Assembly (NCBI GenBank): GCA_044226625.1
Contig: JBGAGQ010000072.1
Location: 1-30,900, forward strand
Length of the DNA stretch: 30,900 nucleotides
Direction: 5' to 3'
Source: Thermoanaerobaculia bacterium
GTDB taxonomy: Bacteria > Acidobacteriota > Thermoanaerobaculia > Multivoradales > UBA5704
The position numbers were made by a program, and so were the translations under genes. Below the pieces are notes generated by a model. That model saw only the letters and a list, made by a program, of their open reading frames with translations, was not told the DNA's origin and searched no databases. Shown here piece by piece: positions 1-9,328 of this stretch. Positions within the stretch are counted from its first letter, which is position 1. Each line of letters opens with the position of its first letter.

Positions 1-60
1 GTCCCTCTTTGGCCCACCTTTGCAGCGGTTCTTCGGAGCCGCCCCCGCGCAGGTTGGCGA

Positions 61-86
61 GGGGCCGATCCCACGGGGTCGGCCCC
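61..86 (-). terminator. GC-rich hairpin downstream of the lolC/E-like gene
   Basis: ggggccgatcc...gggtcggcccc inverted repeat 37 bp past the stop codon; no clear U-tract. Confidence 0.35.
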
Positions 87-122
87 CCACCGTCTCTCTC
101 CAGACCTCACTGTTCTTCCAGC

Positions 123-1475
123 TCACTCATAGCGCAAGGCGGCGGAAGGATCGAGCCGGCCGGCGCGCCAGGCGGGGACCCACGCCGCGAGAAGCGTCAC
201 CAACAACGCGAAAACGACGATCGCCGCGAGGTCGCTCGGCGCCACCCGGAACGGCACGTAGTCGATGAAGTAGATCGCCGCGATCTCGGGCTCGAAACGG
301 ATCAGGCGGAACGTCGTGAGCACCCAGCAGGCCGCCGTGCCGAGGGCGACGCCGATTCCCGTGCCCGCGAGGCCGAGTGCCGCGGCGAACAGGACGAACG
401 TCCGCCGCATCCGTTTCGGCGCGAGGCCGAGGGCGGAAAGCGCCCCGAGGTCGCGCATCCGCTCGCGCACCAGGACGACGAGGGTCGAGGCGACGTTGAA
501 CGTCGACACCAGGACGATCAGGCCGAGCACTCCGAACAGGACGAACTGCTGCAGCCGCAAGGCGGCGAACAGCTCCTTGTTGAGCTCCTGCCAGGAGGAG
601 ACCAGGAACCCAGGCCCGAGCGCCTCTTCCACCTGGCCGGCGACCTCGCGCGCCCCGGCGGGGTCGTCCAAGGTGAGCTCCAACAGGTCGGCGGCGGCCG
701 CGCTGCCCATGAGCTCCTCGACCACCGGACGGGCGAGCAACGCCCAGCTCTGGTCGAATTCGGCGAAGCCGGTCGCGAAGATGCCGGTGACGCGCAGGCT
801 CCGGTACCGAAATCGAGGACGCCCCTCGCCGAGGCCGAGCGAGACGAGCCGGACGACGTCGCCTTGCCGAGCCCCAAGGCGCGCCGCGAGCTCTTTGCCG
901 AGGACCAGGCCCGCGAGACCGTCGGGACCGGCGCCGATCTGCTGGGCGCTCGCCGCGAGCTGGCCGCCGCCCGGGTCGATGCCGCGCAGGATCACCTCGA
1001 CGTCCGGTTTGGCGTCGGGCCCCCGGGGCGCGCCGCCTTCCCCTTCTCCGTCGAACGAAAGAGCCCCTTGCCCGTAGACGACCCGGCCGACCCGCCGCAC
1101 GCCGGGGATTTTCAGCAGCCGGGAGATCGTGTCCGAGCGAACCCGGCCGAAACCCGCCCGGTTCTCGCCGCCCCCCGTTCCCGGCTCGGTCAGTCCACCG
1201 GTCGGATAGATGACGATCGCGGCGTTGCCTCGAACCAGCTTCCGCTGCAGATCCTCGCGATAGCCGGTCATGAGCGCCATCGCGACCACCATCGCGGTCA
1301 CCCCGAGCGCCGTCGCGAGGAGCGCCGAGCGCGCCGTACCGTCGAGCAGGCGGCTCCGGTGACGGCCCTCTCCTCGCGCGCCGCGGAGGAAGCGCCAGGC
1401 GAGGAGGACCGGAAGGGGGCCGCCGAGCGGCGGCCGGGAGTTCGAATCCGCGGCGGCCGCGGGGTCAGGCGCCAT
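123..1475 (-). CDS. lolE: Lipoprotein-releasing ABC transporter permease (LolC/LolE, FtsX-like)
   Basis: N-terminal 'LAWRFLR' then TM '[17 protein letters not shown]'; periplasmic domain with 'FRVTGIF'-like '[15 protein letters not shown]'; '[13 protein letters not shown]'; C-terminal TMs ending '[17 protein letters not shown]'. Confidence 0.88.
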   Translation of the reverse strand: MAPDPAAAADSNSRPPLGGPLPVLLAWRFLRGARGEGRHRSRLLDGTARSALLATALGVTAMVVAMALMTGYREDLQRKLVRGNAAIVIYPTGGLTEPGTGGGENRAGFGRVRSDTISRLLKIPGVRRVGRVVYGQGALSFDGEGEGGAPRGPDAKPDVEVILRGIDPGGGQLAASAQQIGAGPDGLAGLVLGKELAARLGARQGDVVRLVSLGLGEGRPRFRYRSLRVTGIFATGFAEFDQSWALLARPVVEELMGSAAAADLLELTLDDPAGAREVAGQVEEALGPGFLVSSWQELNKELFAALRLQQFVLFGVLGLIVLVSTFNVASTLVVLVRERMRDLGALSALGLAPKRMRRTFVLFAAALGLAGTGIGVALGTAACWVLTTFRLIRFEPEIAAIYFIDYVPFRVAPSDLAAIVVFALLVTLLAAWVPAWRAGRLDPSAALRYE

Positions 1476-2574
1476 GCGCCACGTCGGCGACGAAGCGGTC
1501 GAACAGCTCCGCGGCGTCGTGCGGCCCGGGGGCGGCCTCCGGGTGGTACTGGACCGAGAGGATTGGCCGGCCGGCGACCGCGAGCCCCTCGACCGTGCCG
1601 TCGTTCAGGTTCACCTTGCTCACGTGGCACCCGGCGGGCAGCGAATCGGGATCGACCGCGAAACCGTGGTTCTGGCTGGTGATCTCGACCTTCCCGGTCG
1701 CGACGTCGCGCACCGGCTGGTTGCCGCCGTGGTGGCCGAACTTGAGCTTGAAGGTCCGCGCGCCGAGCGCGAGCCCGAGCAGCTGGTGCCCGAGGCAGAT
1801 GCCGAGCACCGGTTTCTCCGCCGCGAGGATGTCGCGCACCGACTGGATGACGCCCACGAGCGGCTCGGGATCGCCCGGGCCGTTCGACAGCACCACGCCA
1901 TCGACCCCCAGGCCGAGCACATTGCTCGCCGGGGTCGACGCGGGGACGACCGAAAGCCGCGCGCCGAGCAGCGCCAGCGATCGCAGGATGTTCTGCTTGG
2001 TTCCGAAGTCGTAGACCGCGAGATGGCAGCGTTCGACCCCCGGAGCCCCGTCGGGACCCTCTGCCGCCAGCTCGTAAGGTTCCTCGCAGGTGACCTCTTC
2101 GACCAGCGCGCGCCCCTCCATGGTGGGGAAATCGCGCACCTCGGCGAGCAGCGCCGCCACGTCCGAGCGCTCCGAGGTCACCACGCCGCGCAGGGCGCCG
2201 CGATCGCGCAGCCGGCGCACGATCGCCCGGGTGTCGACGCCGTGGAGCGACGGCACCTCCGCCCGATCGAGATAGGGCAGCAGCCCTTCGCCCCCGAGCG
2301 TCCCGGACGGCTCACGGGTGAACTGGCGCGCGACGAATCCCTCGACCCAGGGGCGCCTCGATTCGGCGACCTCGCGGGCGGTGCCGTAGTTGCCGATGTG
2401 CGGCTGGGTCATCACCACGATCTGGCCGCGGTAGGACGGGTCGGTCAAAACCTCCTGGTATCCGGTCATCGAGGTGTTGAAAACCACCTCGCCGAAGCGG
2501 GTCCCGATGGTCGCCGCCTCCCCTTCGAACACCGAGCCGTCTTCGAGCACCAGAAGTCCTGAAACGGGCTGCAT
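1465..2574 (-). CDS. carA: Carbamoyl-phosphate synthase small subunit
   Basis: '[25 protein letters not shown]', 'LSNGPGDP', catalytic 'GICLGHQ', '[11 protein letters not shown]', '[12 protein letters not shown]'. Confidence 0.97.
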   Translation of the reverse strand: MQPVSGLLVLEDGSVFEGEAATIGTRFGEVVFNTSMTGYQEVLTDPSYRGQIVVMTQPHIGNYGTAREVAESRRPWVEGFVARQFTREPSGTLGGEGLLPYLDRAEVPSLHGVDTRAIVRRLRDRGALRGVVTSERSDVAALLAEVRDFPTMEGRALVEEVTCEEPYELAAEGPDGAPGVERCHLAVYDFGTKQNILRSLALLGARLSVVPASTPASNVLGLGVDGVVLSNGPGDPEPLVGVIQSVRDILAAEKPVLGICLGHQLLGLALGARTFKLKFGHHGGNQPVRDVATGKVEITSQNHGFAVDPDSLPAGCHVSKVNLNDGTVEGLAVAGRPILSVQYHPEAAPGPHDAAELFDRFVADVAHGA

Positions 2575-2609
2575 GGTCGCGGAGTTTCTCCTGGCGCCGG
2601 GAATGGCGC

Positions 2610-3656
2610 TTACGCCCCGGCGACCGCTTCGAGCGGGGCCATGGGCAGCCGCCGCCCGACCGCGGGGGCGAGGGTTTGCAGGTCGGCCATCAGGCGATCG
2701 AGCTCATCTGGAAGGAGCGCCTGCTCGGCGTCGGAATACGATTCTTCGGGGTGATCGTGGACCTCGACGATCAGGCCGTCCGCCCCGGCGGCGACGCCGG
2801 CCCGCGCGAGCGCGAGCACCATGTCGCGCCGTCCGGCCGCGTGGCTCGGATCGACCACGATCGGCAGGTGGCTGATCTTCTGGACCGCCGGGATCGCCGC
2901 GATGTCGAGCGTGTTCCGCGTATGGTCGGTGAAGGTCCGGATGCCGCGCTCGCAAAGGATCACCTTCTCGTTGCCCTGATCCAGGATGTATTCGGCGGCG
3001 AGCAGCAGCTCGGTCACGGTGGCCGTCATGCCCCGCTTCAAGAGGACGGGCTTGCCGCAGCGCCCCGCCTTCTTGAGCAGCGTGTAGTTCTGCATGTTGC
3101 GCGCGCCGATCTGGACCACGTCGGCGTATTCGGCGACCGGATCGAGCACGTCGATGTCGAGCGCCTCGGTCACGATGCCGAGGCCGGTCGCCTCGCGTAC
3201 GCGGGCGAGGATCTGAAGCCCCTCGATGCCGAGGCCCTGAAAACTGTACGGGGAAGTTCGCGGCTTGTACGCACCACCGCGCAGGAGGCGCACCCCGGAG
3301 GCCTTCACCCGCTGGGCGATGCGCAGCATCTGCTCTTCGCTCTCGACCGAGCAGGGCCCGGCGATCAGGGCGAGGTCGGCGCCGCCGATCTGGACCCCCG
3401 CGACCTCGATTACCGTGTCGGCGGGGCGAAACTCCCGCGACACCAGCTTGAACGGATGGCTCACCCGGATGACTTCAAGCACGCCGGGCGCCGATTCGAA
3501 CGTGCCGCGTTCGACCGCACCCAAATTCCCCGTGATGCCGATCGCGGTCCGCTGCGCTCCCGGGATGGGATGGGCTCGCAGGCCCTTGCGCTCGATCTTC
3601 TCCACCACCGCCCGGATCTCGTCCGGAGTGGCGTCCATCTTCATCACGATCAACAT
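2610..3656 (-). CDS. aroF: 3-deoxy-7-phosphoheptulonate (DAHP) synthase, type I-beta with N-terminal ACT-like domain
   Basis: 'IAGPCSVES', '[18 protein letters not shown]', 'QIGARNMQN', 'CERGIRTF', 'VDPSHA'; start set at ATG 3656 (MLIVMK...), typical of the family. Confidence 0.96.
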   Translation of the reverse strand: MLIVMKMDATPDEIRAVVEKIERKGLRAHPIPGAQRTAIGITGNLGAVERGTFESAPGVLEVIRVSHPFKLVSREFRPADTVIEVAGVQIGGADLALIAGPCSVESEEQMLRIAQRVKASGVRLLRGGAYKPRTSPYSFQGLGIEGLQILARVREATGLGIVTEALDIDVLDPVAEYADVVQIGARNMQNYTLLKKAGRCGKPVLLKRGMTATVTELLLAAEYILDQGNEKVILCERGIRTFTDHTRNTLDIAAIPAVQKISHLPIVVDPSHAAGRRDMVLALARAGVAAGADGLIVEVHDHPEESYSDAEQALLPDELDRLMADLQTLAPAVGRRLPMAPLEAVAGA

Positions 3657-3757
3657 TTCGATTCGCCGCCGCCGTCTCGTCAAGCGTCCGCTCGCGACGG
3701 TATCATAGCGAGCGCGCCGGCCCTCCCCCGGAAAACCCGGCGCGAAGGAGCCTCGAC

Positions 3758-4561
3758 ATGGTCCGCCGCTCGCTCGTCTCGCTGGTCCTCCTCGGCCTTC
3801 TCTCCGTTCCGAGCTTCGCCTATACGGTGATCCTCAAAGACGGCTCCAGGATCCAGGCGAAAAAGAAATACCGCGTCGCCGGCAAGAACGCGATGATCAC
3901 CCTGATCAACGGCTCCGAGAGCTTCATGCCGCTTTCGGACATCGACGTCGCCGCGACCGACAAGGCGAACCAGAACGACTACGGCGGGACCGCCGTAGTG
4001 CTCGACGAGGGCTCCCGCACCCAGACCGCGCCGCCGCCGGCCGCGCCTTCCCGAGGGGGAAGCCTCGCCGACCTGATCAAGAGCCGCGAAGTCTCGACCC
4101 GACTTCCCGAGCCGTCGGTCCGCCCGCCCAGCTCGCAACTGCCGACCGGCGGCACCACGAGCTCCCGCCCGACCCCACCCCGGGCGATCCCGGGGAGGGT
4201 CGAGACGACACCGAAGTCCAATCACCGGCCTTACCCGAACAGCGCCATCTCGGACGCGCTCGCCGCCTACTTCCGCGGCCAGGAGATCGAGGATTTCCGG
4301 CTCTTCGCGGGCTCGCGGAGCGGACGGGTCCTGGTCGAGGCGACGACGGCCTCCGAGGCGTCTGCGTTCAAGATGCTCACCGTGGCCGCGAACGCCCTCC
4401 TAGAGCTCAAGTCGCCGGAGGTCGCGGCGCTGGAGCTCCAGATGTCGACCCCCGGCGGGGAGCGGGCAGGCACCTTCCTGATCACCCCCGAGCAGGCGAC
4501 GCAGCTGTCGACGAACAAGATCGAGGTCTCCGCGTTCTACGTCCAGAACGTTCAGTTCTGA
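3758..4561 (+). CDS. Secreted hypothetical protein with Pro/Ser/Thr-rich linker
   Basis: AAGGAG RBS; signal peptide ending 'VPSFA'; 'YTVILKDGS' N-domain; low-complexity linker; GC3-biased codons. Confidence 0.8.
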   Translation: MVRRSLVSLVLLGLLSVPSFAYTVILKDGSRIQAKKKYRVAGKNAMITLINGSESFMPLSDIDVAATDKANQNDYGGTAVVLDEGSRTQTAPPPAAPSRGGSLADLIKSREVSTRLPEPSVRPPSSQLPTGGTTSSRPTPPRAIPGRVETTPKSNHRPYPNSAISDALAAYFRGQEIEDFRLFAGSRSGRVLVEATTASEASAFKMLTVAANALLELKSPEVAALELQMSTPGGERAGTFLITPEQATQLSTNKIEVSAFYVQNVQF

Positions 4562-4589
4562 GGACGTCGCCGCGCGACCGCGGCCACGA

Positions 4590-4612
4590 GGCGGGCGCCC
4601 CGGGCGCCCGCC
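4590..4612 (+). terminator. GC-rich hairpin, probable terminator
   Basis: ggcgggcgcc-ccg-ggcgcccgcc followed by a pyrimidine-rich tract. Confidence 0.45.
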
Positions 4613-4646
4613 CTCGTCTCTCCCATTTCCTCGAAGGAGCGTGAGC

Positions 4647-5117
4647 ATGTCCGAATGGATCGAAGAGGGCGCGTCAGCGCCCGACTTTTCGTTGAACGCC
4701 GACGACGGTCGCGAGGTTCGCCTCTCGGCCCTGCGCGGCAAGCCGGTCGTCCTCTACTTCTACCCGAAGGACGACACGCCCGGTTGCACTAAAGAGGCCT
4801 GCGCTTTCCGCGATCGCCGAAGCGAGATCGAAGAGCGCGGGGCGGTGGTCCTCGGCGTCTCGCCCGACAGCGTCGCGAGCCACGGTAAGTTCCGCGACAA
4901 ATACGGCCTCAATTTTCCCCTGCTCGCCGATCCGGGGCACGCGGTCGCCGATCTCTACGGCGCCTGGCGCGAGAAGAACATGTACGGCAAGGTGTCGATG
5001 GGGATCCAGCGCTCGACGTTCCTGATCGACGCGCAAGGGGTCGTGCGCAAGGTCTGGAAGAAAGTCTCGGTCGACGGCCACGACGAGCAGGTGCTATCCG
5101 CGCTCGCGTCGCTCTGA
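4647..5117 (+). CDS. bcp: Thioredoxin-dependent thiol peroxidase (BCP/PrxQ)
   Basis: 'VVLYFYPKDDTPGCTKEAC' (PxxxTxxC plus resolving Cys), 'RSTFLID'; AAGGAG 7 nt before ATG 4647. Confidence 0.95.
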   Translation: MSEWIEEGASAPDFSLNADDGREVRLSALRGKPVVLYFYPKDDTPGCTKEACAFRDRRSEIEERGAVVLGVSPDSVASHGKFRDKYGLNFPLLADPGHAVADLYGAWREKNMYGKVSMGIQRSTFLIDAQGVVRKVWKKVSVDGHDEQVLSALASL

Positions 5118-5135
5118 CGCCGCGGTCGTCTGATC

Positions 5136-5160
5136 GAGGGGCGCGCCCCGCGCGCCCCTC
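5136..5160 (+). terminator. Hairpin after bcp
   Basis: gaggggcgcgc-ccc-gcgcgcccctc, perfect 11-bp stem. Confidence 0.45.
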
Positions 5161-5220
5161 ACGTCCCCCCGCCAAGACCGGGCACCTGCGAGTCTGGTCT
5201 ACCTCGAATCCCCCATACCC

Positions 5221-6102
5221 ATGCCCGACATCCGGATCCGCGCCCGCGCCGCGCTCCTCTTCGCGACCCTGATCTGGGGCACGACGTTCGTCATCGTCCA
5301 ACGGGCGATCGCGGACCTGCCGGTCTTCCATTTGATCTCGATCCGGTTCGCGCTCGCGCTCCTGCTCCTGTTGCCGTTCGCGCGGCGGGTGGCCTGGCGG
5401 CGAGAGACCTTTCGCCAGGGGGCGATCCTCGGCGTCCTGCTTTTCCTCGGCTTCGGGCTCCAGAACTACGGTCTGCTCGGAACCACCCCGTCCCGTTCGG
5501 CGTTCCTCACCGGGCTTTCGGTGGTCATCGTTCCGTTCCTCGGCAAGCTGCTCGGCCGAAGGATCCCGCCGGGGCCGACGATCGGCTCGATCGTGGCCGC
5601 GATCGGCCTCTGGTTCCTGTTCCGCCCGGGTGGCGACGCGGGGGCCGCAACCTTCCAATGGGGCGACGGGGTGACGCTCCTCTCCGCCGTGGTCTTCGCG
5701 GTCTACGTGCTGGCGGTCGAGACCGCCGTGGGCCGGGAGCCGCTCTTCGGTCTGGTGATCGTTCAGTTCGGCCTGATCGCCCTGCTCGCTTCCCCGTCGC
5801 TCCTGATCCAACCGCCGACCCGCGCGGAATTCACTCCCTACGCCCTGTTCGCGATCGCGCTCACGGGAGTTCTCGCGACCGCCGTCGCCTTCCTCTGCCA
5901 GCTCTACGCCCAGCAGCATCTATCGGCGGTGGAAACCGGGGTGATCTTCGCGCTGGAGCCCGTGTTCGCCGCGGCATTCTCGATCGCCGTCGGCATCGAG
6001 GCGATGAGCCGGCAGATGCTCGTGGGCGGCGCCCTGGTGGTCGCCGCGATGCTCGTCACGGAGCTGTGGGGAGGGGCGGAGGGTGCGCTTCCTCCCACCT
6101 GA
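5221..6102 (+). CDS. DMT/EamA family transporter
   Basis: About 10 TM segments; 'LIWGTTF', 'SAFLTGLSVVIVP', 'GD.VTLLSAVVFA', 'FALEPVFA' two-repeat EamA pattern. Confidence 0.92.
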   Translation: MPDIRIRARAALLFATLIWGTTFVIVQRAIADLPVFHLISIRFALALLLLLPFARRVAWRRETFRQGAILGVLLFLGFGLQNYGLLGTTPSRSAFLTGLSVVIVPFLGKLLGRRIPPGPTIGSIVAAIGLWFLFRPGGDAGAATFQWGDGVTLLSAVVFAVYVLAVETAVGREPLFGLVIVQFGLIALLASPSLLIQPPTRAEFTPYALFAIALTGVLATAVAFLCQLYAQQHLSAVETGVIFALEPVFAAAFSIAVGIEAMSRQMLVGGALVVAAMLVTELWGGAEGALPPT

Positions 6103-6120
6103 GGCTTCCGCCGAAACCGT

Positions 6121-6150
6121 TTGTCCCCCTTCGAGGGCAGCGGATACACT
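6121..6150 (+). promoter_or_regulatory. Putative sigma-70 promoter of the amino acid dehydrogenase
   Basis: TTGTCC-N18-TACACT in the intergenic region, about 50 bp before the ATG. Confidence 0.45.
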
Positions 6151-6198
6151 CTTCCCTTCGGCTCGAACGAGTACTTCATCGCGAAACGAGGAGAGAAC

Positions 6199-7290
6199 AT
6201 GAGTCTCTTTCAGGATATGGCTGCGATGGGGCACGAGCGGGTGGTCTTCTGCTCGAATCCCGACGTCGGCTTGAAGGCGATCATCGCCGTCCATTCGACG
6301 GTTCTAGGCCCCGGGCTCGGCGGCGTCCGGATGTGGCCGTACGCCAACAGCGACGAGGCGTTGCACGACGTCCTCCGCCTCTCGCGCGGCATGACCTACA
6401 AGGCGGCGGCGGCCGGGCTCACCCTCGGCGGCGCCAAGGCGGTCATCCTGGGCGACGCCAAGAAGGAAAAGACGGAAGCGCTCCTTCGATGCTTCGGCCA
6501 GTACGTCGAGTCGCTCGGCGGCGACTACATCACGGCAGAGGACGTCGGAACCTCGGTCCGCGACATGGAGACGATCCTCGCCGAGACCCGCTGGGTGACC
6601 GGCGTCTCCGACGCGATGGGCGGCAGCGGCGATCCTTCTCCGGTCACCGCGTTCGGCGTCCTCCAGGGGATGAAAGCCGCCGCCGAAGTGGCCTACGGCG
6701 ACTCCTCTCTCCAGGGCAAGAGCGTCGCGATCCAGGGGCTCGGCAACGTCGGCTTCCATCTTGCGGGATATCTCAAGGACGAAGGAGCCAAGGTCTTCGG
6801 CGCAGACGTCTATCCCCAGGCCCAGGAGCGGGCGCGGGCGGCCGGCGTGGAGGTCGTTTCGACCGACGAGATCCTGGCCGTCGATTGCGACATCGTAGCG
6901 CCCTGCGCCCTCGGCGCGACGATCAACCCGGACACGATCCCGAAGCTCAAATGCCGCATCGTCGCGGGCGCCGCGAACAACCAGCTCGCCGAGGAAGACC
7001 GCGATGGCGCCGACCTCCACGCTCGCGGCATCCTCTACGCGCCGGATTTCGTCGGCAACGCCGGGGGGCTGATCAACGTCTACAACGAGCTGATGCCGAG
7101 CTACAACCGCGAGCGAGCCAAGCGCATGACGCTCGGGATCTTCGACAATATGATGCGCGTGTTCGAGATCTCCAGGACCGAGCAAATCCCCACCCAGATC
7201 GCCGCAGAGCGTCTCGCCGAAGAGCGCATCCAGAAGATGAAAGGTCTCCGCCCGAAGCACTGGGGGCGGCTGATCCACGGCGCGCGGTAG
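6199..7290 (+). CDS. Glu/Leu/Phe/Val dehydrogenase (leucine dehydrogenase-like)
   Basis: 'LGPGLGGVRM', 'LRLSRGMTYK', 'GGAKAV', 'YITAEDVG', Rossmann 'IQGLGNVG', 'GAANNQL'; GAGGAG RBS before ATG 6199. Confidence 0.95.
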   Translation: MSLFQDMAAMGHERVVFCSNPDVGLKAIIAVHSTVLGPGLGGVRMWPYANSDEALHDVLRLSRGMTYKAAAAGLTLGGAKAVILGDAKKEKTEALLRCFGQYVESLGGDYITAEDVGTSVRDMETILAETRWVTGVSDAMGGSGDPSPVTAFGVLQGMKAAAEVAYGDSSLQGKSVAIQGLGNVGFHLAGYLKDEGAKVFGADVYPQAQERARAAGVEVVSTDEILAVDCDIVAPCALGATINPDTIPKLKCRIVAGAANNQLAEEDRDGADLHARGILYAPDFVGNAGGLINVYNELMPSYNRERAKRMTLGIFDNMMRVFEISRTEQIPTQIAAERLAEERIQKMKGLRPKHWGRLIHGAR

Positions 7291-7320
7291 AGGGGTTCGG
7301 AGGAGAGAACGGGCTTTGGC

Positions 7321-7749
7321 CTACCGGCCCAAGCCCATCTCCTCCACGGATCGCACTTCCAGGATCCGATCGACGTAGCCTCCGAGCGTCTCGATCGAAT
7401 CGATCTCCTCGATCCGCCTCCGGACCGGCTGCGAAACCTCGCCGAACCGTTGCCCGAGAAGCCGGAGCAAGGTTCGCCGCAGACGTTCGGCACCTTCCTG
7501 CCGAACTTCGGCCCGGAGCTCACTTCGGACTTCGGCCTTCACCTCAGCCTGGAGCTGGTCCCGAACCTCGGCTTTCACCTCGGCCTGGATCTGGTCTCGA
7601 ACCTCGGCTTTCACCTCGGCCTGGATCTGGTCTCGAACCTCGGCCTTCACCTCAGCCTGGAGCTGGTCTCGAACCTCGGCCACCACTTCGCGCCGAAGGT
7701 CCTCTCTCATCTGGTCAGCCCAGGTCAACTTCATTTTCGTCACTCTCAT
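7321..7749 (-). CDS. Predicted internally initiated small Rpn (RpnS-like antitoxin), 142 aa, in frame with the long gene
   Basis: Minus strand reads cGGAGGctggatcgATGagagtg: SD with 8-nt spacing before in-frame Met228, directly ahead of the repeat and C-terminal domain. Confidence 0.6.
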   Translation of the reverse strand: MRVTKMKLTWADQMREDLRREVVAEVRDQLQAEVKAEVRDQIQAEVKAEVRDQIQAEVKAEVRDQLQAEVKAEVRSELRAEVRQEGAERLRRTLLRLLGQRFGEVSQPVRRRIEEIDSIETLGGYVDRILEVRSVEEMGLGR

Positions 7750-8430
7750 CGATCCAGCCTCCGAGGGGCTCAAGGCGGCGACGTGAGCATCGTACTCGTC
7801 CACCTCGTGCCCGTCCAATTGTAGGTAGGTCTCAACACAGTTCGTCAAGAGGAACTTCTCGCGATCCAGCAAGGGAGAGGCCGCGATCTTCTGAAGCAGC
7901 TCCGCTTTGAGCCGCGGCCGGTTCCGCTTCCTCGTTCGCGCCAAAGCGGCGAGTGCCCAGGCAAGGGGCTCCGGCCGGCGAAGGAAGTGTTCGGCCGGAA
8001 CCTTGGCAAGTCCCAGCGCGAGGTATCGGAAGCTGTGGATCTCGCGATCGATCGCAAGCTCCTGATGCGTCGCCCACGCGGCCCCGGCCGTTCCGCCTCG
8101 GAGGAACACGACGATCGACAGTACCGGCAAGCCATGGCGCAAGAGCAGCTGGTGCGAGTATCGCCAGAGGCGGCGCCCCATGCCGCCCGTGAAGCGGCGC
8201 TCGATCTCCACGTGAATCAGCAACGGGTTGCCGGCGCGGTCGACCGCTTCGGCCGCGAGATCCGCCTCGCGGCGTTTTCCCAGAGGCAACTCGAGAAACA
8301 TCTCCTTGTCGAGGAACTTGAAGGTCGGATCGGGCTCGAGCCCGGCCGGGACATCGGGCTCGACGAGGCACAGCAGATCGTAGAAGCGCGCTCGAAATAG
8401 GTCTTTGAAAAGCTGATCGTGACGGGTCAC
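7321..8430 (-). CDS. Rpn/YhgA-like PD-(D/E)XK nuclease (often annotated 'putative transposase') with C-terminal DUF4351-like domain
   Basis: 'HDQLFKDLF', 'READL', 'LIHVEIE', 'MGRRLWRY', 'PVLSIVVFL'; C-terminus 'LLRLLGQRFGEV...RIEEIDSIETL...ILEVRSVEEM'; GTG start with AGGAGG. Confidence 0.85.
   Translation of the reverse strand: MTRHDQLFKDLFRARFYDLLCLVEPDVPAGLEPDPTFKFLDKEMFLELPLGKRREADLAAEAVDRAGNPLLIHVEIERRFTGGMGRRLWRYSHQLLLRHGLPVLSIVVFLRGGTAGAAWATHQELAIDREIHSFRYLALGLAKVPAEHFLRRPEPLAWALAALARTRKRNRPRLKAELLQKIAASPLLDREKFLLTNCVETYLQLDGHEVDEYDAHVAALSPSEAGSMRVTKMKLTWADQMREDLRREVVAEVRDQLQAEVKAEVRDQIQAEVKAEVRDQIQAEVKAEVRDQLQAEVKAEVRSELRAEVRQEGAERLRRTLLRLLGQRFGEVSQPVRRRIEEIDSIETLGGYVDRILEVRSVEEMGLGR
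7531..7680 (-). repeat. Four tandem 36-bp repeats encoding VRDQ[L/I]QAEVKAE
   Basis: Units at 7531, 7567, 7603 and 7639; inner two identical, outer two near-identical (A-B-B-A). Confidence 0.95.
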
Positions 8431-8453
8431 GGCGGTAGATCCCTCCTACCGCC
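8431..8453 (-). promoter_or_regulatory. Hairpin covering the RBS of the Rpn gene
   Basis: mRNA GGCGGUAG-gagggau-CUACCGCC immediately followed by the GUG start; AGGAGG spans stem and loop. Confidence 0.6.
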
Positions 8454-8503
8454 CTAAAGACGGATTTACCCCACCGGACTCTCGATGGATCCCGCCAGAC
8501 GGG

Positions 8504-9328
8504 TCAGCCGCCCGTCGCCGCCATCCACTCCTCCACCGCCTCGGCGAAACGCTCGGGCTCTTCGAAGAACGGTTGGTGGCCGCTCCGCTCGAAGAGGCCG
8601 ACCGTGAGGTTCGGGATCCTGTCGGCTATCCCATCCCAGAGGAGCGGAGGCACGACGTAGTCGTAGCGCCCGAGGGCGAGGAAGATCGGCACGCGAAGGC
8701 TCGAGGGATCCGCCGTGACGTCCCAGGCCGGCGTGAGCACGCCGAGGACGTGGCGGATCATGTCGCCTTTCCAGATCGCCTCCACGTAGAGCGGCCCCTG
8801 GTCGAACGTCGGATCGAAGAACCGCTGCGGCGTCTGGGCCTTGAGCACTTCTAAGAAAGGCATTCCTGGAGCCAACCGAGCGCGGTTCCCTTCCCAGAGC
8901 CGTTTCCGGTCCTCCGACGCGTCCTCCTCGAAATACGCCGCCGCGCGCGCCCCCACGAACTTCATGTCGCCGGTCGGCGGGGTTCCCACGGCGATCACAT
9001 GGGAAACGCTCTCTGGCCGGAGCCGGCCGTACTCGATCGCCAGAATGCCGAGGATCGAGGGCCCGAGCACGGCGACCCGCTCGACGCCGAGGTCCTTCCG
9101 TACGGCTTCGAGATCGTCGGCGATCCGTTCGAACGTGAGCCCAGCGGCCTCTCCCGTCGAAAGTCCGCTCGCGCGCAGATCGACGAAGACCAACCGCAGC
9201 CGGTCGGAGACCGGCTCCGGCATCTGCCGCTCGGTCGGATCGGTGCCGAATCCGCAGAGAACCAGGCAGGTCGGCCCCTCCCCGTGCACGGTGTAGTGGA
9301 TCTCGGCGTCGCCCACCCGCACCTTCAT
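8504..9328 (-). CDS. Alpha/beta fold hydrolase (proline iminopeptidase-like)
   Basis: 'VFVDLRASGLS', nucleophile elbow 'VLGPSILG', acid 'GRYDY', His 'SGHQPF'; AGGAGG RBS before ATG 9328 (the ORF track overextends the start). Confidence 0.85.
   Translation of the reverse strand: MKVRVGDAEIHYTVHGEGPTCLVLCGFGTDPTERQMPEPVSDRLRLVFVDLRASGLSTGEAAGLTFERIADDLEAVRKDLGVERVAVLGPSILGILAIEYGRLRPESVSHVIAVGTPPTGDMKFVGARAAAYFEEDASEDRKRLWEGNRARLAPGMPFLEVLKAQTPQRFFDPTFDQGPLYVEAIWKGDMIRHVLGVLTPAWDVTADPSSLRVPIFLALGRYDYVVPPLLWDGIADRIPNLTVGLFERSGHQPFFEEPERFAEAVEEWMAATGG

Noticed and set aside
9-24. Sigma-54-like TGGCCCACCTTTGCA
   Set aside because: GG-GC spacing is 9, not the required 10, and it points into a gene 3' end
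7531-7680. CRISPR-like 36-bp repeats
   Set aside because: No spacers; the repeats are in frame within a coding sequence
7290-8500. Insertion sequence (Rpn often labelled transposase)
   Set aside because: No terminal inverted repeats, target duplication or DDE/HUH motifs seen
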